Below are positions 1 through 13,220 of a stretch of DNA of 64,000 nt, in pieces (within the stretch, counting starts at the first letter, position 1; each line of letters begins with the position of its first letter). This DNA comes from Octopus vulgaris (taxonomy: Eukaryota). The stretch covers positions 57,846,001 to 57,910,000 of the forward strand of contig OX597824.1 of NCBI GenBank assembly GCA_951406725.2, read 5' to 3'. Below the pieces are notes generated by a model that saw nothing but the letters and a program-made list of their open reading frames with translations, was not told the DNA's origin and searched no databases. The position numbers were made by a program, and so were the translations under genes.

Positions 1-394
1 ATAGAACAGACAGGGAATCCTTTGTATAATACTCCAACAAGTAATCCAATAATCGGGGTTATTCTTGAAGTACTCCAGTTCGGTAAAATTCCACTTTTTC
101 TAGCGAGATACGCCCACTAGAATTTACAAATTATTTGGCTACAAAAGGCCACACCAAAGAATTTTCAAACAAAATTTCTCAATTCACCGTTATGGTGATT
201 AGAACACAATATTTTTGCTCGCTATAGCGAGCCATAATTGACAATTTTCTTTATATTCTTTTTTCTATTCACGGAGCCAAAACTCACGTCTTCTCCCTGT
301 TGCATTCTGAGTAACTGGAAGTAAGCAAGCTACTTACCACACAACGATTCCTGCGTTTCTGCCTGTCTGTCTGTCTCAGTCTGTCTCTCCCCCA

Positions 395-425
<31 letters not shown>

Positions 426-474
<49 letters not shown>

Positions 475-1381
475 TAAAAGTGAGCTTTAATCTTGCTTAC
501 TTGCTTTCTTGCAATGTTACCCAACCAAACTGGCACATAATGGGAAAATACTATGAATTAAGTTTCCTTTGAAATGTGAATACGAACGGCAGAAAAAAAA
601 GTTTGCATAAATCGGACCACAGGTTATTGAGATATTAGGGGTTTTCGTGGGGTATAAAACGGTGCATAATGGAAAAATTATTCGAAAATAGCCTAACCCT
701 GAAAGGGAAGAAACCCTTACCTTTTGATTAGACACGGTGACTTGACAATGTAAAAATACGTTCTTTTTTTTTACAGTAAATGTTTCTATTTTCGATTTCG
801 TTGCACACAATATTTTAATCATTTAAATATTTTAAAGTGAATGTGATTTCAAAAATGTAAGTTGTTTGTACAGTAAGTATTTATATTTAACTTTCTTTAG
901 ACAGAGAATATTTTAATGTTTTTTAAATTATTCATCAATTGAATACCATTACAATATTTTTATTTTTTTGCATATCTAAAAAGTATTTCAAAATGAAAAT
1001 TACTTTAAAATACAGTAAATATTTCATAAAAGACCCGTTCGTGACCACGGCGTGAAATAATGTCTTTCATAGGGTTTTTCGAATGCATTCAACGTATCTC
1101 ACCTCCAAAGATTTGGCTGCTACTTCTTGCACATCCTGCTACCATGTGACAGCTATTTGCGATAAAGGACCCGAAATACCTGTTACGTGCAGGGCGTGCA
1201 AGGAATATCAGCCAAATCTTTCCTTTCCTGGGGAAAGGAGGCATTTACGCATGATTCCGGTGTCACATTCGTTGAAAGCATGTGAAATAACCTGGAAAAG
1301 AAAAAAGAACCCACGAAACATAACTCCGTTACTGGGAAACTCAGACATTCCCGGTGACCCACCAGGTCACGGGTAGTCTAG
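426..1381 (+). mobile_element. Non-autonomous Helitron-like element
   Basis: 3' hairpin CCGGTGACC-cacca-GGTCACGGG (1351-1373), then CTAG (1378-1381) and T. Probable 5' TC-(TA)n start at 426, uncertain. Confidence 0.55.
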
Positions 1382-1436
1382 TATATATATATATATATAT
1401 ATAGGTATGTATATATATATATATACATACCTATAT

Positions 1437-1865
1437 ATAGGTGTAGGGCTAGCTGTGTGGTAAGTAGCTTGCTTACCAACCACATGGTTCCGAGTTCCGT
1501 CCCACTGCGTGCCACCTTGGTCAAGTGTCTTATACTATAGCCTCGGGCGGACCAAGACCTTGTGAGTAGATTTGAAAGAAGCCCGTCGTATATATATATA
1601 TATGTACATATATATATATATATATGTGTGTGTGAGTTTGTGTGTGTGTGTGTGTACATGTTTGTGTGTCTGTGTTTGTCCCCCCAACATTGCTTGACAA
1701 CCTATGTTGGTGTCTTTACGTCCCCGTAACTTAGCGGTTCGTCAAATAGACCGATAAAATAAGTAATAGGCTTACAAAGAATATGTCCTGGGGTAGATTT
1801 GCGCGACTCAAGGTGGTGCTCCAGCATGGTCTCAGTCAAATGACTGAAACAAATAAAAGGGTAAA
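1437..1865 (+). mobile_element. tRNA-derived SINE family A (bipartite, internal (TA)n/(TG)n linker)
   Basis: A-box-like TAGCTGTGTGG and B-box-like AGTTCCGTCCC; CORE-like CCTTGGTCAAGTG; tail ending AATGACTGAAACAAATAAAAG; many copies in window. Confidence 0.85.
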
Positions 1866-1929
1866 GATTATATACACACAGACGCATCGCTGTCGATAAA
1901 TAAAATATCAATCCAGGAAACCTGTCGAT

Positions 1930-1937
1930 TCTTTCTC

Positions 1938-1979
<42 letters not shown>

Positions 1980-2070
1980 TTCCTTTATTTCTTTCTTTCT
2001 GTTTTTCTTTCTTTCTTTCTTTCTTTCTTCTTTTCTTTCTTTCTTTCTGTCTTTCTTTCTTTCTTTCTTC

Positions 2071-2116
<46 letters not shown>

Positions 2117-2130
2117 CTATTTCTTTCTTT
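1930..2130. repeat. (TTTC)n microsatellite
   Basis: Direct reading. Confidence 0.95.
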
Positions 2131-2149
2131 CTAAGTATTTCTTCTAGGC

Positions 2150-2690
2150 AACCATGTAAATGACGAGAGGTTTAGTTTTTCATCGGTGTTGCAGTGCTTG
2201 GTTTCCATTAGTGAAGAAGCATTCATCCAGTAGTCAAACAGTCATGAACAGCAGATATGACATAATCCTCATTGTGGTACTGCTTCCCAGCCAAGTGCTT
2301 TTCGTGTTGGGGAACAGACACTAGTCAGATGGGGCCATATCAGGAGGATAGGGAGGCTAATCAACCAGTTCAAAGCCAGGGTCACGCACAGCAGCCATCG
2401 AAAACAAGGACTTGTGCTCTGTGAGCATTATCCTGATGAAATAAGATACCTTTCGTCAGTTTTCCTTCGCGTTTGGTCTTGATAGACTTTCGTAACTATC
2501 TGAGCAAATTGGCATAGTACTCTCCTTTGATGGTGTGGCCCCTTTGAAGATAATCAATAAATACAATTCATTTTGCATTCCAAAACACTGAAGCCGTTAC
2601 CTTTTCTACAACAGAAAGGAGTTTGGCCTTCTTTGGAGCAGGTGAGGAGAGATGTGGAAATCCACGGCGCCATCTCTTCAGTTATCCGGC
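2150..2690 (-). mobile_element. Degenerate mariner transposase fragment (catalytic C-terminal half)
   Basis: Minus strand gives IVFIDYLQRGHTIKGEYYANLLR, KLTKGILFHQDNAH and PPYPPDMAPSD (YSPDLAPSD-like), with stops and frameshifts. Confidence 0.85.
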
Positions 2691-3454
2691 CAAGTTGTGG
2701 TTTCTTTGGTTTGTTTGTTCCCAAACGACACATATTTTAGTGCTGTTGACACCGCCAGATTGGACGGTAGTGCCCAGGTGTCGAAACCATAATGATATCC
2801 GTAGGACAGCTGATGTATGTTGGATTGTTGGTATGGCTGTATTATAACACATCCTTTTGATATATATATACATATATGTGTGTGTATGTGTGTGTGTGCG
2901 TGTGTGCGTGTGTACGCATATATACATGAACGTGTGTATATGTATATTTACACACACATATAAGTATGTATATAAATATATATATGTGTGTGTGTGTATG
3001 TGTGCGTGTGTATTATGCATGTATTATGCATGTATGTATATTCACTGTTCTTGGGAAATGTACATACGCAATGCATATGTATGCCTATTTACACTTGTGC
3101 ACGTACAGTCCGACACACCCCAAGTACACACATACAAACATAACAGTAGAACCACCAATGAAAAATAAACTATAGACAAATATAAAAATACTGTGTATTG
3201 CCCCACATCCACCCTCACTTGTATCCGGGATTGATGTTTTTCTTTTTTCTTTACTATTGTTGGTATTTTAAATATTAAAAAAAAATAAAGAACTTGCTGT
3301 GAGATAATTTTATAATTTCCTGTTAGTGATTAGCACTACATATCGATCCCGTATTAATTTACAACTCATACAAGGCAACAGCGACAGAGTAGCCGTATAC
3401 ATACATGTACGCTCGCGTGCGTGTGTATGTATGTAGGTTTGTGTGTGTGCGTAT

Positions 3455-3512
<58 letters not shown>

Positions 3513-3949
3513 GTATGTTTGTGCGTTTCTATGTGTGTGTGTGTATGTGTGTGTGTGTACACATACAGACACACACATATATATACAGAGTGAAAGAGAG
3601 GGTTGAAGAGAAGCTTTAACATTAAATTATTGGCGTCATGTTACATGGAGGGAGGACATTTTTAACTGTACTTCATGTCTACGGCTTCATGTCTAATTTA
3701 AAAATAAATAACCACCATAATTGATAGAGAGAAGTGGGAAGAATGGTAGGAAAGGTAGGGAGTGAGTTATATACTTGTATTACGTGTATGTGTAGATAGA
3801 TTGAGAGAGGAAAGGAGAAATGATGCAAAACTAATATACCTGCACCATCACCATCACCACCACAATAACTCCCCTCCACTCTACTGCTAAATACATAATA
3901 ATTAGCTATTTGTCTTTGCACCTCTTGTTTCTGTTTTACTTCTTCCTTT

Positions 3950-4083
3950 TCTTCTTCATCATCATCATCATCGTCGTCGTCTTCTTCTTCTTCTTCTTCT
4001 TCTTCTTCTTCTTCTTCTTCTTCTTCTTCTTCTTCTTCTTCTTCTTCTTCTTCTTCTTCTTCTTCTTCTTCTTCTTCTTCTTC
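3950..4083. repeat. (CAT)n/(CTT)n microsatellite
   Basis: Direct reading. Confidence 0.95.
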
Positions 4084-4239
4084 CGTTACCCATGTTCCAA
4101 CATTCCTCAGTGCGACTTTAACTTTCAGTTCATAGGAACCAGTAATATATCCGGGTCAACGTAATTTCTCTTCCCATCAACAGCATTGTTTGTCTTATAT
4201 ATTTAATTGTGGTGGTGAGACGGTAGAACCGTAGGGTGA

Positions 4240-4445
4240 AAGAAAAATATGGTTGTGTGTTGGTAGAATAGTAGAGCAACGGACAAATATCTTGCAATAT
4301 TTGATTACAATGCTTTATGTTCTGAGATGAAATCTTGCTGAAGTCATCTTTGCTTTCCATCCTTCCGGAATCTGTAAATACTGGGGTCGATGAGAACGAC
4401 AAGTCCCTCCCCTAAAATTTTAGCCCTTAGTCCTATAGCAGTAGT
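4240..4445 (+). mobile_element. SINE family B, degenerate copy
   Basis: CTTTGCTTTCCATCCTTCCGG...TACTGGGGTCGATG matches the copies at 4505, 6270 and 7138. Confidence 0.65.
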
Positions 4446-4504
4446 AATTATTAATATTGTTATCATTATTATTATTATTATCATTATTATTATTATTATT
4501 ATGG

Positions 4505-4826
<322 letters not shown>

Positions 4827-4827
4827 G

Positions 4828-6226
4828 TCATTTACTTTTAATCTGCATGTTTGATGCAATCACTTGCCGGGGCAAACCCAGCGCCCTAGGGCAAGTGAAG
4901 GTTAAGAGTTGTTGAAATATAGCTGAAAGCTTGTGGGGGAGAAGTATAGAAATATCTCCATGTAATACAACACAAACATTTACATTGATAGGGTTTTTCT
5001 AAGGATGTGGGCAGTACTTGTTAGCACAATCTTTTGGATTTCCTTGAGACATGGTTCTCCAGGGATATTGTCTAGGTGTTTCTGACATCCCTTTTTTATC
5101 ATACCTAGTTTTTGTTTTAAGATTCCACATCTTTTGTATTTCGATTTCCAGGTCCTTATATTTACTAAGTTTGTCAAATTCCTTTACAGATATATTGTTA
5201 TCAGTGGGGACGCTTACCTCTATTAGTCTGCAGGTATTTTCTTCCCTGTCTTTAACAATTATGTCTGGTCGATTAGCCTTGATCGTTCCGTCAGTGTTGA
5301 CTGGAAAATCCCAGAGGATGGTGACATTTTTACCTTCAACAACTGGCTGAGGATGATGTTCATACCAGTTAGCAGGAGTGCCGAATTTGTAGTGTTTACA
5401 TATCTTCCAATGTATATACTGTCCTACCCTATCGTGGCGATTTTTGTATTCGTTTGGTGTCAGCACAGGACATCCCGAAACGCGATGGTCTATTGTTTCG
5501 ACAAATGTGTCGCAGAATCTGCATTTAGGGTCAGTACCGTTTCGGAGAACGCTAGCCTGGTAATTTCTGGTAAACAAGCTTTGATCTTGTGCTGCCAGTA
5601 TGAAGCCTTCAGTATCTGCTTTCAATCCTAAACTCTTCAGCCACTGATGGGTTGTTGCTTGGTCTACATCAGCATTTTGGCTTCGGAGAATATATTGTCC
5701 ATGCAGGGGCTTCTGGCTCCACCGCCTCTCAATTTGATTCTGCCCGTTCTTTTTTGCAGTCTGCTTGATTCGCTTTGCTTGCTTGGTAGCAGGGGTTTCC
5801 GGCTCTTCATCTGATTCAAGGTTAATGTCTAGTTCCCTTTCGAACTTATAAGATTCCTTGACAATAGAATGCAGCTTTTTGCTGCCTTCGTGTTCGCACA
5901 CAAGTCGCAGCATCCAGTCCTTTGTACTAGATAGGTACATGTTCATTCCTACAGTGGAGGTCTTATAGCACAGCTCTAATTGCATCATTCCTCTCCCCCC
6001 CCGCTGCTTCTAGGTAGGTACGGGCGGTCTACATCTGCCCTAGGGTGGTGTATGTTCTTGGATGTCAGTAATTTTCTTGTCTTCCTGTCCAAGCGTTGGA
6101 GTTCCGTAAGGTTCCAGTTAATGATGTTAAAACTGTACTGGACTACTGGAAGTGCCAGGGTGTTAATGGCCTCAATGCAATTTTTGGAGTTGTGTTCAGT
6201 CTTCAGTACAAGCCTTATTCTCCTGT

Positions 6227-6228
<2 letters not shown>
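4828..6228 (-). mobile_element. 5'-truncated R4/Dong-clade RLE LINE
   Basis: HPRADVDRPYLPRSSGGRG, KPLHGQY, TEGFILAAQDQ, CRFC..ETIDH..SGC zinc knuckle, RHD, RPDIIVKD..KLSKY endonuclease; frameshift near C-terminus; both flanks (ATT)n. Confidence 0.92.
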
Positions 6229-6263
<35 letters not shown>

Positions 6264-6269
6264 ATTATG

Positions 6270-6475
6270 AAGGCCGTGAGCTGGCAGAATCGTTAGCAGG
6301 CTGGAAAAATGCTTAGCGGTATTTCGCCCGTCGCTATGTTCTGGGTTCAAATTCCGCCAAAGTCTTTCGTTCTTTCAGGTTCGATAAATTAAGTACCATT
6401 TGAGTACTGGATCGATGTGATCGACTGTCTCGCTCCCCACAATATCTAGGCCTTGTGCCAATAATAGAAAAGGAT
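6270..6475 (+). mobile_element. SINE family B
   Basis: Same head, B-box and TAAGTACC...TCGATGTGATCGAC body; ATT-repeat flanks. Confidence 0.85.
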
Positions 6476-6509
6476 TATTATTATTATTAATATTATTATT
6501 ATTATTATT

Positions 6510-6982
6510 GAGTGAGAGAGCAGTTCATGCCATCAAAGTGACACTGGGGTAAAATATACGAAGCCCATCATGACTACCCGTCTGATAAGGGTACACCAGG
6601 CACATGCATCACAACCATATGTGCGCGACATGGTGATCTCATATCAAGATAAACAGCACATGACCTTGCAGGTGGGGCCCAGTTAGAATTTACTTCAGGT
6701 TGAGTAGCCCATCCCGCTGAAAAGGTCCCCGAATAAGGGTTGTTTAAGGATGTTGAAAGAACCACCCATGTTTCCAGAGGTGAATTATTCAAACCCCAAA
6801 GAATCCCTCTCAACACATGGCTATGATGCTCCCCCACTACTTCTGCTCGTGATCAGAGATGCACATATCGTCAGCCACTAAGGGACATGCTCAACTGGTT
6901 AAAGTCAAACAACTGACAAGCAAATCTGTGGTATTGAGCAGAATATTTGCTGTAGCCCATCTTTTATACCAAGACAAAACAA

Positions 6983-6985
<3 letters not shown>
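6510..6985 (-). mobile_element. Non-coding element embedded in (ATT)n, probably a non-autonomous retroelement
   Basis: Higher-GC ~475 bp block sharply bounded by ATT repeats on both sides; no protein motif recognised; strand inferred. Confidence 0.5.
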
Positions 6986-7051
<66 letters not shown>

Positions 7052-7067
7052 TATTATTATTATCATC

Positions 7068-7132
<65 letters not shown>

Positions 7133-7137
7133 AACGA

Positions 7138-7338
7138 CAAGCTGGCAGAATCATTAACACGCCGAACAAAATGTTTAGGCAGCATTTCGTCTGTCAGAGT
7201 TCAAGTTCCCCCGAGGTCGATTTTGCCTTTACTCCTTTCGGGGTCGATGAAATAAGTACCAGTTGAGTACAGAGGTCGATGTAATCGACTATCTCCCTCC
7301 ACCAAATTTTAAGCCTTGTGCCTACAGTAGAAAGGATT
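7138..7338 (+). mobile_element. SINE family B
   Basis: GCTGGCAGAATCATTAAC...GAGGTCGATTTTGCCTTTACTCCTTTCGGGGTCGATGAAATAAGTACCAG...GAAAGGATTA. Confidence 0.85.
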
Positions 7339-7568
7339 AGCAGCAACAGCTGTTGTTAGAATTTATCCAAATTCAGTTCCTTTACATCACAAGTAGAATC
7401 CACCCGACTGCCCTTTATACAGTTTCAGTCAACTCATAGAACTTGACACCTGAATGTCATTTTCCACGAAGCCGAATCGAAGCCAGGAGCTTATGATTAC
7501 GTAGCGAACTTCGTAACCTTTCGGCTATGCTGTACCTGCATATCACACACACACACACACACGCAGAG

Positions 7569-7619
<51 letters not shown>

Positions 7620-7859
7620 TGTGTGAACGAAATACAAATTTCTGTACGGATAATAGTTGTTCTTGTTATTATTAACTCTAGGTTAGCTCTGGTCAAATAA
7701 GCCAATAACGTAAATAATCTTAACCGTGACCTTTCAATTTTTTCTTACAAAATGAATTGTCCTTCGTTTTTAAAGCCAATGAAAAGAGAATCAGCTGTTG
7801 TATCTTCACTGGTTCAACGGTATGAACCTGTCGTATATGATTTGGCACCGATATCCAGA

Positions 7860-8085
7860 ACATTGGCTGTTGGTGAGACTTTATGTCGATCAATAATTGT
7901 GGATAATCATGATCTTGGACTTGACAATGGGAGGGAGAGAGAACTGCTTGGATGAAGATGCGAGAACTTCCAAGGAGTACGAAATCAGTTTGTTCGTTGC
8001 TGTAGTAGGAAGCAGTGTATTCTCAGACTAGGTCAAATATAGTGTTTGAATGAGCAGTGGATTAGGTCTCCCTTCCAGTTATTAA
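7860..8085 (-). mobile_element. Degenerate CR1-group LINE 3' fragment
   Basis: Minus strand loosely resembles the SF.PRT..LWNSLP..F C-terminal region; similar in character to 8410-8770. Confidence 0.35.
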
Positions 8086-8409
8086 GTCTGCCTGTTGTAA
8101 CTATATCTGTTATTGTAATTTGGGCTTTGAGTACCAGACGATAAAACTATAACGCAATACATCCCAAGGAAGAAGAAAAAGCTCGTTTTACTTGGCAAAA
8201 CAAACTGTCTGTCAGGCAAAACACCTAAACGAGAATGCACACACGAAAGAGAGACTGATGTGCATGGACGTGACAGGTTGAACACGGCTTTCACGTGCAA
8301 AAAAAACTATTGGTCGTCTTATTCCTTACACTGTCACCCATGTATTAGGTCTGCTACCAAAATATTAGGTCTACCATCCAAATATTCGGTACTGCTACAA
8401 CGCACACAC

Positions 8410-8770
8410 ACACACATCCTAATTCACAATCAGAGAAGGGGCAATCGACTGATTAGAATTCAATCACCAACGGACACATTCCATCTCTGGCCTACAACTG
8501 TGCTCTCTCTTCTTTTCTGTCTTTTCTATCACTACTATAATAGCATCTACTCCTCAGATTTAGATCGTCTTATACCTGTTCCTCACAAGTACCCCAACTC
8601 ACCACTAGTGGGTCCAACTGCCCGCTGCCCTAGCCCTGCATTAACCACTATTTTCAGTCTGTCACCCCCCACTTAAATCGTTCTCGTCCAGGAATATTCC
8701 TCGCCCTCCTATTTTTCTGCGGCTATTGACATGGAACAGTTTAAATCAAATCTTAAAATCATAACATTGC
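8410..8770 (+). mobile_element. CR1-group LINE ORF2 C-terminal fragment
   Basis: QRRGNRLI...LFCLFYHYYNSIYSSDLDRLIPVP resembles the QRRAIRLI...LSLFYRYY.G.CSSEL..LIP post-RT segment. Confidence 0.6.
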
Positions 8771-8795
8771 AAGGAGGTAGCCGGAAGGGGTCAGC

Positions 8796-9075
8796 AGAAT
8801 GTCTCACTTGGTCACAGGGTGATGTTTGATCAACCTCAGTTGGGTCGCCTAGATGAGGACACATCATATTACATTCACATTCACACACACACGTACCGTT
8901 TGGAGTCTTGCAACACAAATAAAAGAGTGCCTCTGTGTGTGTGTGTGTGTATGTGTGTGTGTGTGTGCGTGTGTGTGTGTGTGTGTGTGCCTGTGTATGT
9001 AATGAGATGTATCCTCATCTAGACGACCCAACTGAGGTTGATCAAACATCATCCAGTGACCAAGTGAGACGTTCT
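8796..9075. repeat. Inverted repeat, ~78 bp arms
   Basis: 8796-8874 is the reverse complement of 8997-9075 with scattered mismatches. Confidence 0.9.
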
Positions 9076-9155
9076 CCTTGTAGCCTGTAGCTGTATATAT
9101 GTATATGTGTTTGTATGTAAAAGAAAAGGAGTTATATATTCCAGCTCGTCGGTAC

Positions 9156-9320
9156 CGTATACGCAAGTCACCTGGAAGCAAATTCGCATTGCTACTCTAA
9201 GGTATATATTGCAGATAGCGTAAAATCTATCGAAATCTATCAGATGTTAGATTTAATGCTATCTGCATATAAACCTCAGACCAGCGATTTGAATTCGTTT
9301 CAAGGTGACTCGGGTATACG
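9156..9320. mobile_element. Foldback/MITE-like imperfect palindrome
   Basis: CGTATAC..AGTCACCT..TGCAGATAGC pairs with GCTATCTGCA..AGGTGACT..GTATACG. Confidence 0.6.
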
Positions 9321-9564
9321 AGGCCAAGGAGCTGAAAGAACAACGAAATATCGATGACCACCTTCCTCGTCCACCTCCTAGGCGATTTGTTTCATATGGT
9401 TTGAAGTATTCAGTGTTTTTTTTTTTTAACATTTGATGTCTTAAAGAGAGTTTTTCCTGAACGAATTCTGCAACTAATTAGAGTATAATCGTATACACTA
9501 AGTATGTGACATCTCGAATGTTTATCTGATTAGAGTTGCTTCTAATTCAAAATTATACGCAGTG

Positions 9565-9940
9565 AGTGGTAAGAAGTTTGTTTCTAACCACATGGGTATA
9601 AGTTTAGTCCCATTGCGTGACACCTTCGGCAAGAGTATAGTCTCGGGCCAGCCAAAGCCTTCTTAGTGGATTTGGTAGAGGGAAACTGAAAGAAGCCCTT
9701 CGTATGTATATATTATGTGTGTATATGTCTTTGTATCTGTGTTTGTCCCCCACCACTGCGTGACAACCCATGTTGATGTGTTTACGTCTCTACAACCTTA
9801 GCGGTTCGGCAAAAGAGATCGATAGAATATGTACCTGGCTTAACAGAAAAGTAAGTATCGGGGTGGATTCATTCGCTAAGACGTTTTTCAAGGCGGTGCC
9901 TGGCCGCAGTCTAATGGCTGAAAGAAGTAAAAGATAAAAG
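9565..9940 (+). mobile_element. SINE family A
   Basis: GTGGTAAGAAGTTTG head; GGATTTGGTAGAGGGAAACTGAAAGAAGCCC; tail CTGAAAGAAGTAAAAG. Confidence 0.85.
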
Positions 9941-9996
9941 ATGTATGGAGCCTACTCCATATAGATATATACGCACGTATATACATATATACGTTT

Positions 9997-10019
<23 letters not shown>

Positions 10020-10034
<15 letters not shown>

Positions 10035-10392
10035 GGCAGTTTGTCTGTGCGTGTTTCTGTGTGTCTGTTTTCTCGTACCCTCACCCTGACCACGGCTTTC
10101 AACCGATTCTGATGAAACTTGACACACGCATAGCCCAATGTCATAATTCAAAACTAACGCAGCGAAAATTTTGAAAAGTTCCCCCAGTTCTGAAAAATCG
10201 ATAAATTCGACATGGGGTCGAAAAAAAAAAAACCACAGACTGTCTAGGGGACGCAACTCAACCTTTTTTACTCTCAAAAAAAATTTACCATCATTTTTTT
10301 CCATTTTTTTGCTATTTTTGGCTATGACTCTCTAAAGATGCTTTATAGTTATTTCCCTTACAAACCTGAGCAACGCCGGGCGATACTGCTAG
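10020..10392 (+). mobile_element. Non-autonomous Helitron
   Basis: 3' hairpin CCTGAGCAACGCCGGG then CTAG (10389-10392) and T; last ~70 bp nearly identical to the end of 22509-23020. Confidence 0.8.
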
Positions 10393-10404
10393 TATATATA
10401 TATA

Positions 10405-11670
10405 CGAGGGGCGTTCAATAAGTAATGCCCCTGACCCACTTGCAGTTGTTTGATCTAGCTGAAATTTTGCATGTGCACTTTATACCTCTATAGATTAAGT
10501 GGCGAATTACAGCTCTGAACTAATTGTGGTTTCTGATTTACAGGTGTTTGAACTGAGTCAAGTGTGAAATGGAGCCTGTTGAGTGTCGAGCAGTGATCTG
10601 GTTTTTGTATTTGAAAGGACGCACACCACGGGAGACTTGTGATGAAATGAAAGTAACTTATGGTGATGATGCCCCATCATATGACCTTGTAAACGCTGGC
10701 ATTGTGAATTCAAACATAGTCGGAACTCTGTGGAAACAGCTCCCAGATCTGGTCGCCCCCTTCTGCCGTTGATGAGACGTCTGTCCGTCAAGTTGAGGCT
10801 GCCATTTTGGAAGGTCATCGCATAACTATTCGCCAAATAGCCCATAAGGTCAAGATTAGTACCGGGTCTGTGGAAACTATCATTCATGACCATTTGCATA
10901 TGCAAAAGGTGTCTGCCAGATGGATTTCCAGGTTGCTCACACCTTTCCAGAAGCAAGAACGCGTTGAGTGCTCGAGGATGAATTTAGTGATGTGCCAAGA
11001 AGATGAATCAAAATTTTTCAAAAGACTGATCACACAGGATAAAACCTGGGTCCATCACTATGATCCAGAGACCAAAGCCCAGTCAATGCAGTGAAAGCAC
11101 CGTGACTCACCTCCTCCAAAGAAGGCAAGGGTGCAGCCCTCCGCTGACAAGGTTATGCTCACAGTCTTCTGGGACCAGGACGGAGTAGTGATGACAGATT
11201 TCCTGGCAAAGGGCACCACAATTACAGGAGCCTATTATGCTTCACTTTTGAGGAAATTAAGAGAAGCTATCAAAATCAAGAGGCGGGGCAAGATCAGCAA
11301 AGGCATTCTCCTCCTGCAGGACAACACTCCGGTCCACAACTCGCGTGTCGCCAGATCAGAAGCACAGGCGTGCAGCTATGAACTCCTCCCCTTGCACCCT
11401 CTGATTTTCACCTCTTCCCAGCCATGAAGTTGATTTTGAAAGGAAAGCGTTTCCCAGATGATGCAGCCTTGATTTCTGAAGTCACGTCGTGGTTGGAGGA
11501 CCAAGCTGGGGTCTTCTACAAAAACGGTCTCCAGAGCTGTATCAAACGATGGGAGAAATGCATAACTCTGGGTAGTTCCTATGTAGGAAAAGACTAATAA
11601 CTGTGCCAAGTGTCGTTGCTCTACTGCTATGGGAAGTGGGTCAGGGGCATTACTTATTGAACGCCCCTCG
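10405..11670 (+). mobile_element. Full-length mariner transposon, transposase pseudogenised
   Basis: Perfect 37-bp TIRs CGAGGGGCGTTCAATAAGTAATGCCCCTGACCCACTT; TA flanks; motifs WISRLL, ITQDKTWVHHY, LLQDNTPVH; frameshifts, a stop at 11092-11094, and a deletion in YSPDLAPSD. Confidence 0.97.
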
Positions 11671-11708
<38 letters not shown>

Positions 11709-11986
11709 AAACTTACTTGGAAAAGGATGCGTGGCGTTCGGAGTAGATGAAACAGGGACAACTGAAGAAGGAGAATATTCTTTATGTCTCGTTTCTCTGT
11801 TTGTTCTTTCGTTGTTTGAAAAAAAGTTCGTTTCTGTTATTGTTTTTATTTTCGTTTCTCATTGTGTTCAAGGTTGTTTGTTTTTTTGATGTCCTGTACC
11901 AATATATGTATGTATATAAACATACATATGTAGGTATGTACATATATGTATGTATATATGCATATATTTATATTATTATATATATG

Positions 11987-12020
<34 letters not shown>

Positions 12021-12079
12021 AAGAGAAAGAGAGAATGAGAGAGAGAGATATGGAGTTCCATTTCTTATAGTTCTGTTTA

Positions 12080-12553
12080 CTTGTAAGTGTTCATCCGAAG
12101 AAAGGACATGCCTATAAGCCTCTCCTAATCCCCCACAAAATGGTGAGAAGGGGTAAAGGAATTTCTCTTCAGACCTGCTCCAAATGCTTGCCGTTTTTAT
12201 TGTGTCTCTGGTTTCCATTACTAAGTCACTGTCATAATTCTAGGACCGAATCAAAACTGACTCGTAATGCAGGAGTTTCTACGATTCCTTTTCCAGTTGA
12301 CTCATGGGACGTTACAGCTAGTCCTTCATTCTTTTCGACTGACTCACGTGACCGCATATTCTATGTCGCAAACTTTGAGGGAAAAATTTTGGAGGGAGAA
12401 AAGATAGTTACAGAAATACATTCTAGAATGAATCTGAGCTTTAGCTCAACTAACATTACGTCAATATTCTTTAACTTCCGAACGTTCAGTTTTGCTATGA
12501 GGTCGAGAGGTATAAAACTGTCTTGTGATTCTTCTGATTATAATGGTGCCTGA
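12080..12553. other. Unique-sequence island, candidate host exon (strand unresolved)
   Basis: Non-repetitive; 137-aa plus ORF with hydrophobic N-terminus, or 46-codon minus ORF from ATG 12218 ending at possible donor CAA|GTAAAC; no recognisable homology. Confidence 0.25.
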
Positions 12554-12777
12554 CATTTTTGGCTCGGGATGAATGTCGGGTTAACTAAATTGGACTTGTA
12601 AATATAAAGATGTTGTTTTAATATCTTGTTATCTATAGATAGTATATTAGGCATTGTATAACGTTGGATTAGAGGAAAGTGTGGTAGAGCTGAAGAGTGA
12701 GTGAGTGATATATATATACATTCAGAGAGAGAGATTGGTAGAGGGAGGGAGAGAGGGATGAGGGAGGGAGAGAACTA

Positions 12778-12847
<70 letters not shown>

Positions 12848-13182
12848 ATAAGAATGTATGTATGTACTGTGTAAGAGAAACATGGGCACAGATTTGAGCG
12901 TTTGGCGAAAAAGCTTGTTTTACAATCCTGATATCTTGTATTCTCATATTGGCATTATGGTTATATATCTTCTACAATAGCGTCAGGTCGACCTAAACAA
13001 GGCTGTGGATTTGGGTTTACGAAAACAGTTCGGAAATACATCAAAACGACCGTGGCTATAATTCAAAGGCACAGTTCATTTCACAGTGTATCTCAGCAAT
13101 GGGGTGAGAGACAAGAAGAGGGAGAAAATAGAGCGAGGAAAAAGAGAAAGAAAGAAAGAAAGAAAGAGGGAGAAGGAGAGAA

Positions 13183-13220
<38 letters not shown>

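Noticed and set aside
1083-1376. Cys-rich 97-aa ORF
   Set aside because: No recognisable domain; lies within a putative non-autonomous Helitron.
11705-11800. CTGAAGA plus hairpin in a repeat also seen at ~19495
   Set aside because: The 3' half of the ribozyme core is absent.
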